Part shown: in pieces, positions 28,430 through 42,800 of the stretch
Position numbering within the stretch: position 1 is the stretch's first letter
Layout: each line of letters begins with the position of its first letter
Assembly (NCBI RefSeq): GCF_009914755.1
Contig: NC_060931.1
Reading direction: 5' to 3' (one strand)
Origin: the human T2T-CHM13v2.0 reference genome, Homo sapiens
DNA: 64,000 bases
Position numbers and translations under genes: made by a program
The notes under the pieces: generated by a model
The model's database searches: none
The model's input: the letters and a program-made list of their open reading frames with translations, nothing else
What the model was told of the DNA's origin: nothing

Positions 28430-28577
28430 TTTTTTTTTTCTTTTTTCTTTTTATACTTTAAGTTTTAGGGTACATTTGCACATTGTGCAGGTTAGATACA
28501 TATGTATACATGTGCCATGCTGATGCGCTGCACCCACCAACTCGTCATCTAGCATTAGATATATCTCCCAATGCTAT

Positions 28578-28611
28578 CCCTCACCCCTCCCCCCACCCCA
28601 CAACAGTCCCC
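28578..28611 (-). other. L1 3' UTR G-rich tract (potential G-quadruplex)
   Basis: The minus strand reads ggggactgttgtggggtggggggaggggtgaggg, the standard L1PA 3' UTR polypurine tract. Confidence 0.7.
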
Positions 28612-28654
28612 AGAGTGTGATGTTCCCCTTCCTGTGTCCATGTGATTTCATTGT

Positions 28655-30915
<2,261 letters not shown>

Positions 30916-31450
30916 TCTAGTTTTTATGTGAAGATAATCCCATTTCCAAGGAAGGCTTCAAAGCGCTCTAAATATGCGCCTCCAGATTCTACAAAAAGAC
31001 TGTTTCAAAACTGCTCTATCAAAAAGATGGTTCAACTCTGTGAGTTGAATGCACACATCACAAATAATTTTCTGAGAATGGCTCCGTCTATTTTTTATGT
31101 GAAGGTATTTGCGTTTCCAACGAAGACTTCAAAGCGCTCCAAAGATGTAAATGCAGATTCTACAAAAAGAGTGTTTCAAAACTTCTCTATCTGAAGGAAG
31201 GTTCAGTTCTGTGAGTTGAATGCACACATCACAAAGGACTTTCTGACAATGCTTCCATCTAGTTTTTAGGTGAAGATATTCCTATTTCAAACGAAGGCTT
31301 CTATTCGCTACAAATATCTACATGCACATTCTACAAAAAGAGTGTTTCCAAACTGCTCTATCAAAAGGAAGGTTCAACTGTGTGAGTTGAATGCACACAT
31401 CACAAAGTGGTTTCTGAGAATGCTTCTTTCTAGTATTTATATGAAGCTAT

Positions 31451-31467
31451 TCCCGTTTCCAACGAAG
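31451..31467 (-). promoter_or_regulatory. CENP-B box (intact 17-mer)
   Basis: tcccgtttccaacgaag is the reverse complement of the canonical CTTCGTTGGAAACGGGA. Confidence 0.92.
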
Positions 31468-32892
31468 GATTCAAAGAGCTCCAAATATCCTCCTGCAGAC
31501 TTAATAAAAAAGGGCTTCCAAACTGCTCTATCAAAAGTAAAGTTCAACTATGTGAGTTGAATGAACACAACACAAAGAAGTTTCTGAGAATGCTTCCGTC
31601 TAGTTTTTATGTGAAGATATTTCCTTTTCCACCATAGCCTTCAAAGCGCTCCAAAAGTCCACTTGCAGATTCGACAAAAAGAGTGTTTCCAGACTGCTCT
31701 ATCAAAAGAAAGGTTCAACTATGGGAGTAGAATGCACACATCACAAAGTCGCTTCTGAGAATGCTTCTGTCTAGTTTTTATCTGAAGATATTTCCTTTTC
31801 TACCACAGGCCTCAATGCACTCAAAATACCCACTTTTAGATTCTACAAACAGAGTGTTTCAAAACTGTTCTATCAAAAGGAACGTTCAAATCTGTGAGTT
31901 GAATGCAAGCATCACAAAGAAGTTTCTGAGAATGCTTCTGTCTAGTTTTTATGTGAAGATATTCCCATTTCCAATGAAGGCTTCAAAGAGCTCAAAATAT
32001 CCTATTGCAGATTGTACAAAAAGAGTGTTTCAAAACTGCTCTATCAAAAGGAAGGTTCAATTCTGTAAGTTGAATGCACACATCACAAATAAGTTTGTGA
32101 GAATGCTTCTGTCTGGTTTTTATGTGAAGATATTCCCGTTTCCAACAAAGGCTTCAAAGCGCTCCAAATATCCACCTGCTGATGCTACAAAAAGAGTGTT
32201 TCAAAACTGTTCTATAAAAAGAAAAGTTCAGCTCTGTGGTTTCAATGCACACAACAGAAAGAAGTTTCTGAGAATGCTTCCGTCTAGTTTTTAAGTGAAG
32301 ATATTCCAGTTTTCAATGAAAGCTTCAAAGTGCTCCAAATATCCACTTGCAGATTCTACAAAAAGAGTGTTTCAAAACTGCTCTATCGAAAGTAAAGTTC
32401 TACTTTGTGAGTTGAATGCACACATCAAAATGAATTTTATGAGAATACTTCTGTCTACTTTTTATGTGAAGATATTTCCTTTTCGACAATAGCTGTCAAA
32501 GCCCTCCAAATGCACACTTGAAGATTCTTCACAAAGACTGTTTCCAATCTGCTCTATCAGAAGAAAGTTTCAACTGTGAGAGTAGAATGGACACATCACA
32601 AAGTAGTTTCTGTGAATGCTTCTGTCTAGTTTTTGTATGAAGATACAAATCTGTGAGTTGAATGCACACATCACAAAGAAGTTTCTGAGAATGCTTCTGT
32701 CTAGTTTTAATGTGAAGATATTTCCTTTTCCACTACAAGCCTAAAAGAGCTCCAAATGTCCAACTGCAGATTCTATAAAAAGAGTGTTTCAAAACTGCAC
32801 TATCAAAAGAAAGGTTCAGTTCTGTAAGTTGAAAGCACACATCACAAAGAAATTTCTGAGAATGATTCTGTGTAATTTTTATGTGAAGATAT

Positions 32893-32909
32893 TCCCGTTT
32901 CCAACGAAG
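32893..32909 (-). promoter_or_regulatory. CENP-B box (intact 17-mer)
   Basis: tcccgtttccaacgaag, exact canonical box. Confidence 0.92.
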
Positions 32910-33805
32910 GTTTCAAAGCGCTCCAAATATACACCTGCAGATTCTACAAAAAGAGTGTTTCAAAACTGCTCTATCAAAAGGAAACTTCAACACTTTGAGT
33001 TGAATGCACTCATCACAAAGAAGTTTCTCAGAATGCTTCTGCCAAGTTTTAATATGAAGGTATATCCTTTTCCACAGAAGGCCCCAAAGAGCTCCAAGTG
33101 TTCACCTGCAGATTCTAAAAAAAGAGTGTTTCAAAACTGCTCTATCAAAAAGAAGGTTGAAATCTGTGAGTTGAATGCACACATCACAAAGAAGTTTCTG
33201 AGAATGTTTCTGTGTAGTTTTTATGTGAAGATATTCATGTTTCCAACGGAGGCTTCAAAGTGCTCCAAATGTCCACATGCAGATTCTACATAAACAGTGT
33301 TTCTAAACTGCTCTTTTAAAAGAAAGGTTCAACTCTGGGAGTAGAATGCAGTCATCACAAAGTGGTTTCTGAGAATGCTTCAGTGTAGATTTTAAATGAA
33401 GATTTTCCCTGTTATACCGTAGTTCTAAAAGCAGTCCAAATTTCCACTTGCAGATTCTACAAAAAAGAGTGTTTCAAAACTCCTACATCTAAGGGGAGGT
33501 TCAGCTCTGTGAGTTGAATGCACAAATCACTAAGTAGGTTCTCAGAAAGCTTCTCTCTAGTTTTTATGTGAAGATATTCCCATTTTCAATGAAGGCTTCA
33601 ATACGTTCCAAATATCCACTTGCAGATTCTACAAAATAAGAATTTCAAAACTGCTCTATCAAAACGAAGGTTCAACGAAGTTGAAAGCACACACCACAAA
33701 CTGGTTTCTGAGAATGCTTCTTTCTAGTTTTTATGTGAAGATATTCCCGTTTCCAATGAAGGATTCAAAGAGCACCAAATATCCACCTGCAGATACTACA
33801 AAAAC

Positions 33806-36800
33806 AGTTTTTCAAAACTGCTCAATCAAAAGGAAGGTTCAGCTCCGTGAGTTCAATGCCCACATCACAAAGAAGTTTCTGAGAATGCTTCTGTCTAGTT
33901 TCAATGAGAAGATATTCCCGTTTCCAACGAAGGCTTCAAAGCGCTCCAAATATCCACTTGCAGAGTCTACAAAAAGACTGTTTCAAAACTGCTCTATAAA
34001 AGTAAGGTTGTACTTTGTTAGTTGAATGCACCCATCAAAATGAAGTTTCTGAGAACACTTCTGTCTACTTTTCATGTGAAGATATTTCCTTATCCACGAT
34101 AGTCCCCAAAGCCATCAAAATGCCCACTCGAAGATTCCTCAAAAAGACGGTTTCAATACTGCAGTATCAGAAGGAAATTTCAACTATGTGAGTAGAATGC
34201 ACACATCACAAAGTAGTTTCTGAGAATGCTTCTGTCTAGTTTTTATATGAAGATATTTCCTTTTCTACCTTAAGCCTCAAAGTGCTGCAATTATGCACTT
34301 TCAGATTCTTCAAAAAGAGGGTTTCAAAACTGCTCTGGCAAAAGGAAGTTTCAACGCTGTGAGTGGAATGCACACATCACAAAGAAGTTTCTGAGAATGC
34401 TTCTGTCTAATTTTTATGTGAAGATAATCCTGTTTCCCAAGAAGGCTTCAAAGCACCCTAATATCCTCCTCCAGATTCTACAGAAAGAGTGTTTCAAAAC
34501 TGCTCTATCAAAAGGAAGGTTGAACTCTGTGAGTTGAATGCAGACATCATAAAGGAGTTTCTGAGAATGCTTCTGTCTTGTTTTAATGTGAAGATATTTC
34601 CTTTTCAACCGATAGCCTAAAAGAGCTCCAAATGTCCAACTGCAGATTTTTTAAAAAGAATGTTTCAAAACTGCACTATCAAAAGAAAGGTTCAGCTCTG
34701 TGAGTTGAATGCACACATCTCGAAGAAGTTTCTGAGAATGCTTCTGTCTAGTTTTTATGTGAAGATATTCGCGATTCCAATGAAGTCTTCAAAGCGCTCC
34801 AAATATCTAAATGCGGATTCTACAAAAAGAGTGATTCAAAACTGGTCTATGAAAAGGAAGGTTCAGCTCTGTGAGTTGAACGCACACATCACAAAAAGTT
34901 TCGGAGAATGCTTCCATTTAGTTTTTAGGTGAAGATATTACCTTTTCAACCACAGCCTTCAAAACGCTCCAAATGTCCACTTGCAGATTCTACAAGAAGA
35001 TTGTTTCCAGGCTGCTCTATCAAAAGAAATGTTCAACTATGGGAGTAGAATACACACATCACAAAGTCGTTTCTGAGAATGCTTCTGTCTAGTTTTTATG
35101 TGAAGATATTTCCTTTTCTACCAGAGGCCTGAAAGCGCTCCAAATGTCCAATTGCAGATTCTACAAAAAGAGTGTTTCAAAACTTCTCTATCAAAAGTAA
35201 GTGTCTGCTTTGTGAGTTGAAGGTACACATCAAAATGAAGTTTCTGATTATACTTCTGTCTACTTCTTATGTGAAGATATTTCCTTATCCGCAATGGTCC
35301 TCAAAGCCCTCGAAATGCCCACTTGAAGATTCTTCGGAAAGACTGTTTCAAAACTGCTCTCTCAAAAGAAAGTTTCCACTTTGTGTGTAGAATGCACACA
35401 TCACAAAGTCGTTTCTGAGAATGCTTCTGTCTAGTTTTTATATGAAGATATTTCCTTTACTACCATAAGCCTCAAATCACTGCACATATGAACTGGCAGA
35501 TTCTTTAAAAAGAGTGTTTCAAAACTGCTCTATCAAAACTGTTCTATCAACTCTGTGAGTTGAATGGACACATCACAAAGACTTTTCTGAGAATGCTTCT
35601 GTCTAGGTTTTAGGTGAAGATATTCTCGTTTCCGAAGAATGCTTCAAAGAGTACTTAAATATCCGCCTGCAGATTCTACAAAAGGAGTGTTTCAAAACTG
35701 CTCTAACAAAAGAAAGGTTCAACCTGGGAGTTGAATGCACACATCAGAAAGAAGTTTCTGAGAATGCTTCTGTCTAGTTTTAATGCGAAGATATTCCCTC
35801 TTCCACCATAACCTTCAAAGCGCTCCAAATGTCCATTTGCAGATTTTACAAACAGAGTGTTTCCAGACTGCTCTACCAAAAGAAATTTTCAACTATGGGA
35901 GTAGAATGCACACATCACAAATTCGTTTCTGAGAATGCTTCTGTCTAGTTTTTATGTGAAGATATTTCCTTTTCTACCATAGGCATAAATGTGCTCCAAA
36001 TATCCACTGGCAGATTCTAAAAAAAGAGTGTTTCAAAACTGCTCTATCAAAAGGAAGGTTCAATTCTGTGAGTTGAATGCACACATCACAAAGTAGTTTC
36101 TGAGAATGCTTCTGCCTAATTTTTAATTTTAAGATATTCCCATTTCCAAAGAAGGCTTCAATTTGCTCCAAATATCCACTTGCAGATGGTACAAAAAGAG
36201 GGTTTCAAAACTGCTCTATCAAAAGGAAGGTTCAACTCTGTGAGATGAATGCACACATCCAAAGTGGTTTCAGAGAATGCTTGTTTCTAGTTTTCAGGTG
36301 ACGATATTCCCGTTTCCAATGTAGCACTCAAAGAGCTCCAAATATCCTCCTGCAGATTGTGCAAAAAGGGTGTTTCAAAACTGCTCTATCAAAAAGAAGC
36401 TTCAACTCTGTGAGTTGAATGCACAAATCACAAAGAAGTTTCTGGGAATACTTCTGTCTATTTTTATGTGACGATACTCCCGTTTCCAAAGAAGGCTTCA
36501 AAGCACTCCAAATATCCACCTGCAGATTATAAAGGAAGAGTTTTTCAAAACTGCTCAATCCAAAGGAAGGTTCAGCTCCGTGAGTTCAATGCCCACATCA
36601 CAAAGAAGTTTCTGAGAATGCTTCTGTCTAGTTTCAAGGGGAAGATATTCCCGTTTCCAACGAAGGCTTCAAAGCACTCCAAATATCCACTTGCAGAGTC
36701 TACAAAAAGACTGTTTCAAAACTGCTCAATAAAAGTAAGGTTGTACCTTGTTAGTTGAATGCACCCATCAAAATGAAGTTTCTGAGAACACTTCTGTCTA

Positions 36801-39800
36801 CTTTTCATGTGAAGATATTTCCTTATCCACAATAGTCCCCAAAGCCCTCAAAATGCCCACTGGAAGATTCCTCAAAAAGACGGTTTCAATACTGCAGTAT
36901 CAGAAGGAAATTTCAACTATGTGAGTAGAATGCACACATCACAAAGTAGTTTCTGAGAATGCTTCTGTCTAGTTTTTATATGAAGATATTTCCTTTTCTA
37001 CCTTAAGCCTCAAAGTGCTGCAATTATGCACTTTCAGATTCTTCAAAAAGAGGGTTTCAAAACTGCTCTAGCAAAAGGAAGTTTCAACGCTGTGAGTTGA
37101 ATGCACACATCACAAAGAAGTTTCTGAGAATGCTTCTGTCTAATTTTTATGTGAAGATAATCCTGTTTCCCAAGAAGGCTTCAAAGCACCCTAATATCCG
37201 CCTCCAGATTCTACAGAAAGAGTGTTTCAAAACTGCTCTATCAAAAGGAAGGTTCAACTCTGTGAGTTGAATGCAGACATCATAAAGGAGTTTCTGAGAA
37301 TGCTTCTGTCTTGTTTTAATGTGAAGATACTTCCTTTTCAACCGATAGCCTAAAAGAGCTCCAAATGTCCAACTGCAGATTTTTTAAAAAGAATGTTTCA
37401 AAACTGCACTATCAAAAGAAAGGTTCAGCTCTGTGAGTTGAATGCACACATCTCAAAGGAGTTTCTGAGAATGGTTCTGTCTAGTTTTTATGTGAAGGTA
37501 TTCGCGATTCCAATGAAGTCTTCAAAGCGCTCCAAATATCTAAATGCGGATTCTACAAAAAGAGTGATTCAAAACTGGTCTAAGAAAAGGAAGGTTCAGC
37601 TCTGTGAGTTGAACGCACACATCACAAAAAGTTTCGGACAATGCTCCCATTTAGTTTTTAGGTGAAGATATTACCTTTTCAACCACAGCCTTCAAAACGC
37701 TCCAAATGTCCACTTGCAGATTCTACAAGAAGATTGTTTCCAGGCAGCTCTATCAAAAGAAATGTTCAACTATGGGAGTAGAATACACACATCACAAAGT
37801 CGTTTCTGAGAATGCTTCTGTCTAGTTTTTATGTGAAGATATTTCCTTTTCTACCAGAGGCCTGAAAGCGCTCCAAATATCCAATTGCAGATTCTACAAA
37901 AAGAGTGTTTCAAAACTTCTCTATCAAAAGTAAGGGTCTGCTTTGTGAGTTGAATGTACACATCAAAATGAAGTTTCTGATTATACTTCTGTCTACTTCT
38001 TATGTGAAGATATTTCCTTATCCGCAATGGTCCTCAAAGCCCTCGAAATGCCCACTTGAAGATTCTTCGGAAAGACTGTTTCAAAACTGCTCTATCAAAA
38101 GAAAGTTTCCACTTTGTGTGTAGAATGCACACATCACAAAGTCGTTTCTGAGAATGCTTCTGTCTAGTTTTTATAGGAAGATATTTCCTTTTCTACCATC
38201 AGCCTCAAAGCACTGCACATATGAACTGGCAGATTCTTCAAAAAGAGTGTTTCAAAACTGCTCTATCAAAACTGTTCTATCAACTGTGTGAGTTGAGTGG
38301 ACACATCACAAAGACGTTTCTGAGAATGCTTCTGTCTAGGTTTTAGGTGAAGATGTTCTCGTTTCCAAAGAATGCTTCAAATAGTACTTAAATATCCGCC
38401 TGCAGATTCTACAAAAGGAGTGTTTCAAAACTGCTCTAACAAAAGAAAGGTTCAACCTGGGAGTTGAATGCACACATCACAAAGAAGTTTCTGAGAGTGC
38501 TTCTGTCTAGTTTTAATGCGAAGATATTCCCTCCTCCACCATAACCTTCAAAGCGCTCCAAATGTCCATTTGCAGATATTACAAACAGAGTGTTTCCAGA
38601 CTGCTCTACCAAAAGAAATTTTCAACTATGGGAGTAGAATGCACACATCAGAAATTCCTTTCTGAGAATGCTTCTGTCTAGTTTTTATGTGAAGATATTT
38701 CCTTTTCTACCATAGGCATAAACGTGCTCCAAATATCCACTGGCAGATTCTAAAAAAAGAGTGTTTCAAAACTGCTCTATCAACAGGAAGGTTCAATTCT
38801 GTGAGTTGAATGCACACATCAGAAAGTAGTTTCTGAGAATGCTTCTGCCTAATTTTTAATTTTAAGATATTCCCATTTCCAAAGAAGGCTTCAATTTGCT
38901 CCAAATATCCACTTGCAGATTGTACATGAAGAGGGTTTCAAAACTGCTCTATCAAAAGGAAGGTTCAACTCTGTGAGATGAATGCACACATCACAAAGTG
39001 GTTTCAGAGAATGCTTGTTTCCAGTTTTCAGGTGACGATATTCCCGTTTCCAATGTAGCACTCAAAGAGCTCCAAATATCCTCCTGCAGATTGTGCAAAA
39101 AGGGTGTTTCAAAACTGCTCTATCAAAAAGAAGCTTTAACTCTGTGAGTTGAATGCACAAATCACAAAGAAGTTTCTGGGAATACTTCTGTCTATTTTTA
39201 TGTGACGATACTCCCGTTTCCAAAGAAGGCTTCAAAGCACTCCAAATATCCACCTGCAGATTATAAAGGAAGAGTTTTTCAAAACTGCTCAATCCAAAGG
39301 AAGGTTCAGCTCCGTGAGTTCAATGCCCACATCACAAAGAAGTTTCTGAGAATGCTTCTGTCTAGTTTCAAGGGAAAGATATTCCCGTTTCCAACGAAGG
39401 CTTCAAAGCGCTCCAAATATCCACTTGCAGAGTCTACAAAAAGACTGTTTCAAAACTGCTCAATAAAAGTAAGGTTGTACCTTGTTAGTTGAATGCACCC
39501 ATCAAAATGAAGTTTCTGAGAACACTTCTGTCTACTTTTCATGTGAAGATATTTCCTTATCCACAATAGTCCCCAAAGCCCTCAAAATGCCCACTGGAAG
39601 ATTCCTCAAAAAGACGGTTTCAATACTGCAGTATCAGAAGGAAATTTCAACTATGTGAGTAGAATGCACACATCACAAAGTAGTTTCTGAGAATGCTTCT
39701 GTCTAGTTTTTATATGAAGATATTTCCTTTTCTACCTTAAGCCTCAAAGTGCTGCATTTATGCACTTTCAGATTCTTCAAAAAGAGGGTTTCAAAACTGC

Positions 39801-42800
39801 TCTAGCAAAAGGAAGTTTCAACGCTGTGAGTTGAATGCACACATCACAAAGAAGTTTCTGAGAATGCTTCTGTCTAATTTTTATGTGAAGATAATCCTGT
39901 TTCCCAAGAAGGCTTCAAAGCACCCTAATATCCGCCTCCAGATTCTACAGAAAGAGTGTTTCCAAACTGCTCTATCAAAAGGAAGGTTCAACTCTGTGAG
40001 TTGAATGCAGACATCATAAAGGAGTTTCTGAGAATGCTTCTGTCTTGTTTTAATGTGAAGATACTTCCTTTTCAACCGATAGCCTAAAAGAGCTCCAAAT
40101 GTCCAACTGCAGATTTTTTAAAAAGAATGTTTCAAAACTGCACTATCAAAAGAAAGGTTCAGCTCTGTGAGTTGAATGCACACATCTCAAAGGAGTTTCT
40201 GAGAATGGTTCTGTCTAGTTTTTATGTGAAGGTATTCGCGATTCCAATGAAGTCTTCAAAGCGCTCCAAATATCTAAATGCGGATTCTACAAAAAGAGTG
40301 ATTCAAAACTGGTCTAAGAAAAGGAAGGTTCAGCTCTGTGAGTTGAACGCACACATCACAAAAAGTTTCGGACAATGCTCCCATTTAGTTTTTAGGTGAA
40401 GATATTACCTTTTCAACCACAGCCTTCAAAACGCTCCAAATGTCCACTTGCAGATTCTACAAGAAGATTGTTTCCAGGCGGCTCTATCAAAAGAAATGTT
40501 CAACTATGGGAGTAGAATACACACATCACAAAGTCGTTTCTGAGAATGCTTCTGTCTAGTTCTTATGTGAAGATATTTCCTTTTCTACCAGAGGCCTGAA
40601 AGCGCTCCAAATATCCAATTGCAGATTCTACAAAAAGAGTGTTTCAAACCTTCTCTATCAAAAGTAAGGGTCTGCTTTGTGAGTTGAATGTACACATCAA
40701 AATGAAGTTTCTGATTATACTTCTGTCTACTTCTTATGTGAAGATATTTCCTTATCCGCAATGGTCCTCAAAGCCCTCGAAATGCCCACTTGAAGATTCT
40801 TCGGAAAGACTGTTTCAAAACTGCTCTATCAAAAGAAAGTTTCAACTTTGTGTGTAGAATGCACACATCACAAAGTCGTTTCTGAGAATGCTTCTGTCTA
40901 GTTTTTATAGGAAGATATTTCCTTTTCTACCATCAGCCTCAAAGCACTGCACATATGAACTGGCAGATTCTTCAAAAAGAGTGTTTCAAAACTGCTCTAT
41001 CAAAACTGTTCTATCAACTCTGTGAGTTGAGTGGACACATCACAAAGACGTTTCTGAGAATGCTTCTGTCTAGGTTTTAGGTGAAGATGTTCTCGTTTCC
41101 AAAGAATGCTTCAAATAGTAGTTAAATATCCGCCTGCAGATTCTACAAAAGGAGTGTTTCAAAACTGCTCTAACAAAAGAAAGGTTCAACCTGGGAGTTG
41201 AATGCACACATCACAAAGAAGTTTCTGAGAGTGCTTCTGTCTAGTTTTAATGCGAAGATATTCCCTCCTCCACCATAACCTTCAAAGCGCTCCAAATGTC
41301 CATTTGCAGATTTTACAAACAGAGTGTTTCCAGACTGCTCTACCAAAAGAAATTTTCAACTATGGGAGTAGAATGCACACATCACAAATTCGTTTCTGAG
41401 AATGCTTCTGTCTAGTTTTTATGTGAAGATATTCCCTTTTCTACCATAGGCATAAACGTGCTCCAAATATCCACTGGCAGATTCTAAAAAAAGAGTGTTT
41501 CAAAACTGCTCTATCAAAAGGAAGGTTCAATTCTGTGAGTTGAATGCACACATCACAAAGTAGTTTCTGAGAATGCTTCTGCCTAATTTTTAATTTTAAG
41601 ATATTCCCATTTCCAAAGAAGGCTTCAATTTGCTCCAAATATCCACTTGCAGATTGTACATGAAGAGGGTTTCAAAACTGCTCTATCAAAAGGAAGGTTC
41701 AACTCTGTGAGATGAATGCACACATCACAAAGTGGTTTCAGAGAATGCTTGTTTCTAGTTTTCAGGTGATGATATTCCCGTTTCCAATGTAGCACTCAAA
41801 GAGCTCCAAATATCCTCCTGCAGATTGTGCAAAAAGGGTGTTTCAAAACTGCTCTATCAAAAAGAAGCTTCAACTCTGTGAGTTGAATGCACAAATCACA
41901 AAGAAGTTTCTGGGAATACTTCTGTCTATTTTTATGTGACGATACTCCCGTTTCCAAAGAAGGCTTCAAAGCACTCCAAATATCCACCTGCAGATTATAA
42001 AGGAAGAGTTTTTCAAAACTGCTCAATCCAAAGGAAGGTTCAGCTCCGTGAGTTCAATGCCCACATCACAAAGAAGTTTCTGAGAATGCTTCTGTCTAGT
42101 TTCAAGGGGAAGATATTCCCGTTTCCAACGAAGTCTTCAAAGCGCTCCAAATATCCACTTGCAGAGTCTACAAAAAGACTGTTTCAAAACTGCTCAATAA
42201 AAGTAAGGTTGTACCTTGTTAGTTGAATGCACCCATCAAAATGAAGTTTCTGAGAACACTTCTGTCTACTTTTCATGTGAAGATATTTCCTTATCCACAA
42301 TAGTCCCCAAAGCCCTCAAAATGCCCACTGGAAGATTCCTCAAAAAGACGGTTTCAATACTGCAGTATCAGAAGGAAATTTCAACTATGTGAGTAGAATG
42401 CACACATCACAAAGTAGTTTCTGAGAATGCTTCTGTCTAGTTTTTATATGAAGATATTTCCTTTTCTACCTTAAGCCTCAAAGTGCTGCAATTATGCACT
42501 TTCAGATTCTTCAAAAAGAGGGTTTCAAAACTGCTCTAGCAAAAGGAAGTTTCAACGCTGTGAGTTGAATGCACACATCACAAAGAAGTTTCTGAGAATG
42601 CTTCTGTCTAATTTTTACGTGAAGATAATCCTGTTTCCCAAGAAGGCTTCAAAGCACCCTAATATCCGCCTCCAGATTCTACAGAAAGAGTGTTTCAAAA
42701 CTGCTCTATCAAAAGGAAGGTTCAACTCTGTGAGTTGAATGCAGACATCATAAAGGAGTTTCTGAGAATGCTTCTGTCTTGTTTTAATGTGAAGATACTT

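Larger units (their letters stand above)
30916..33805 (-). repeat. Divergent mixed A/B alpha-satellite (SF5-like R1/R2), non-periodic flank of the HOR
   Basis: Monomers carry ctgctcTatc, aaaagGaagg and B-type boxes (attcccgtttccaacgaagg and decayed versions) irregularly mixed with A-type. No 2,734-bp periodicity. Confidence 0.85.
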
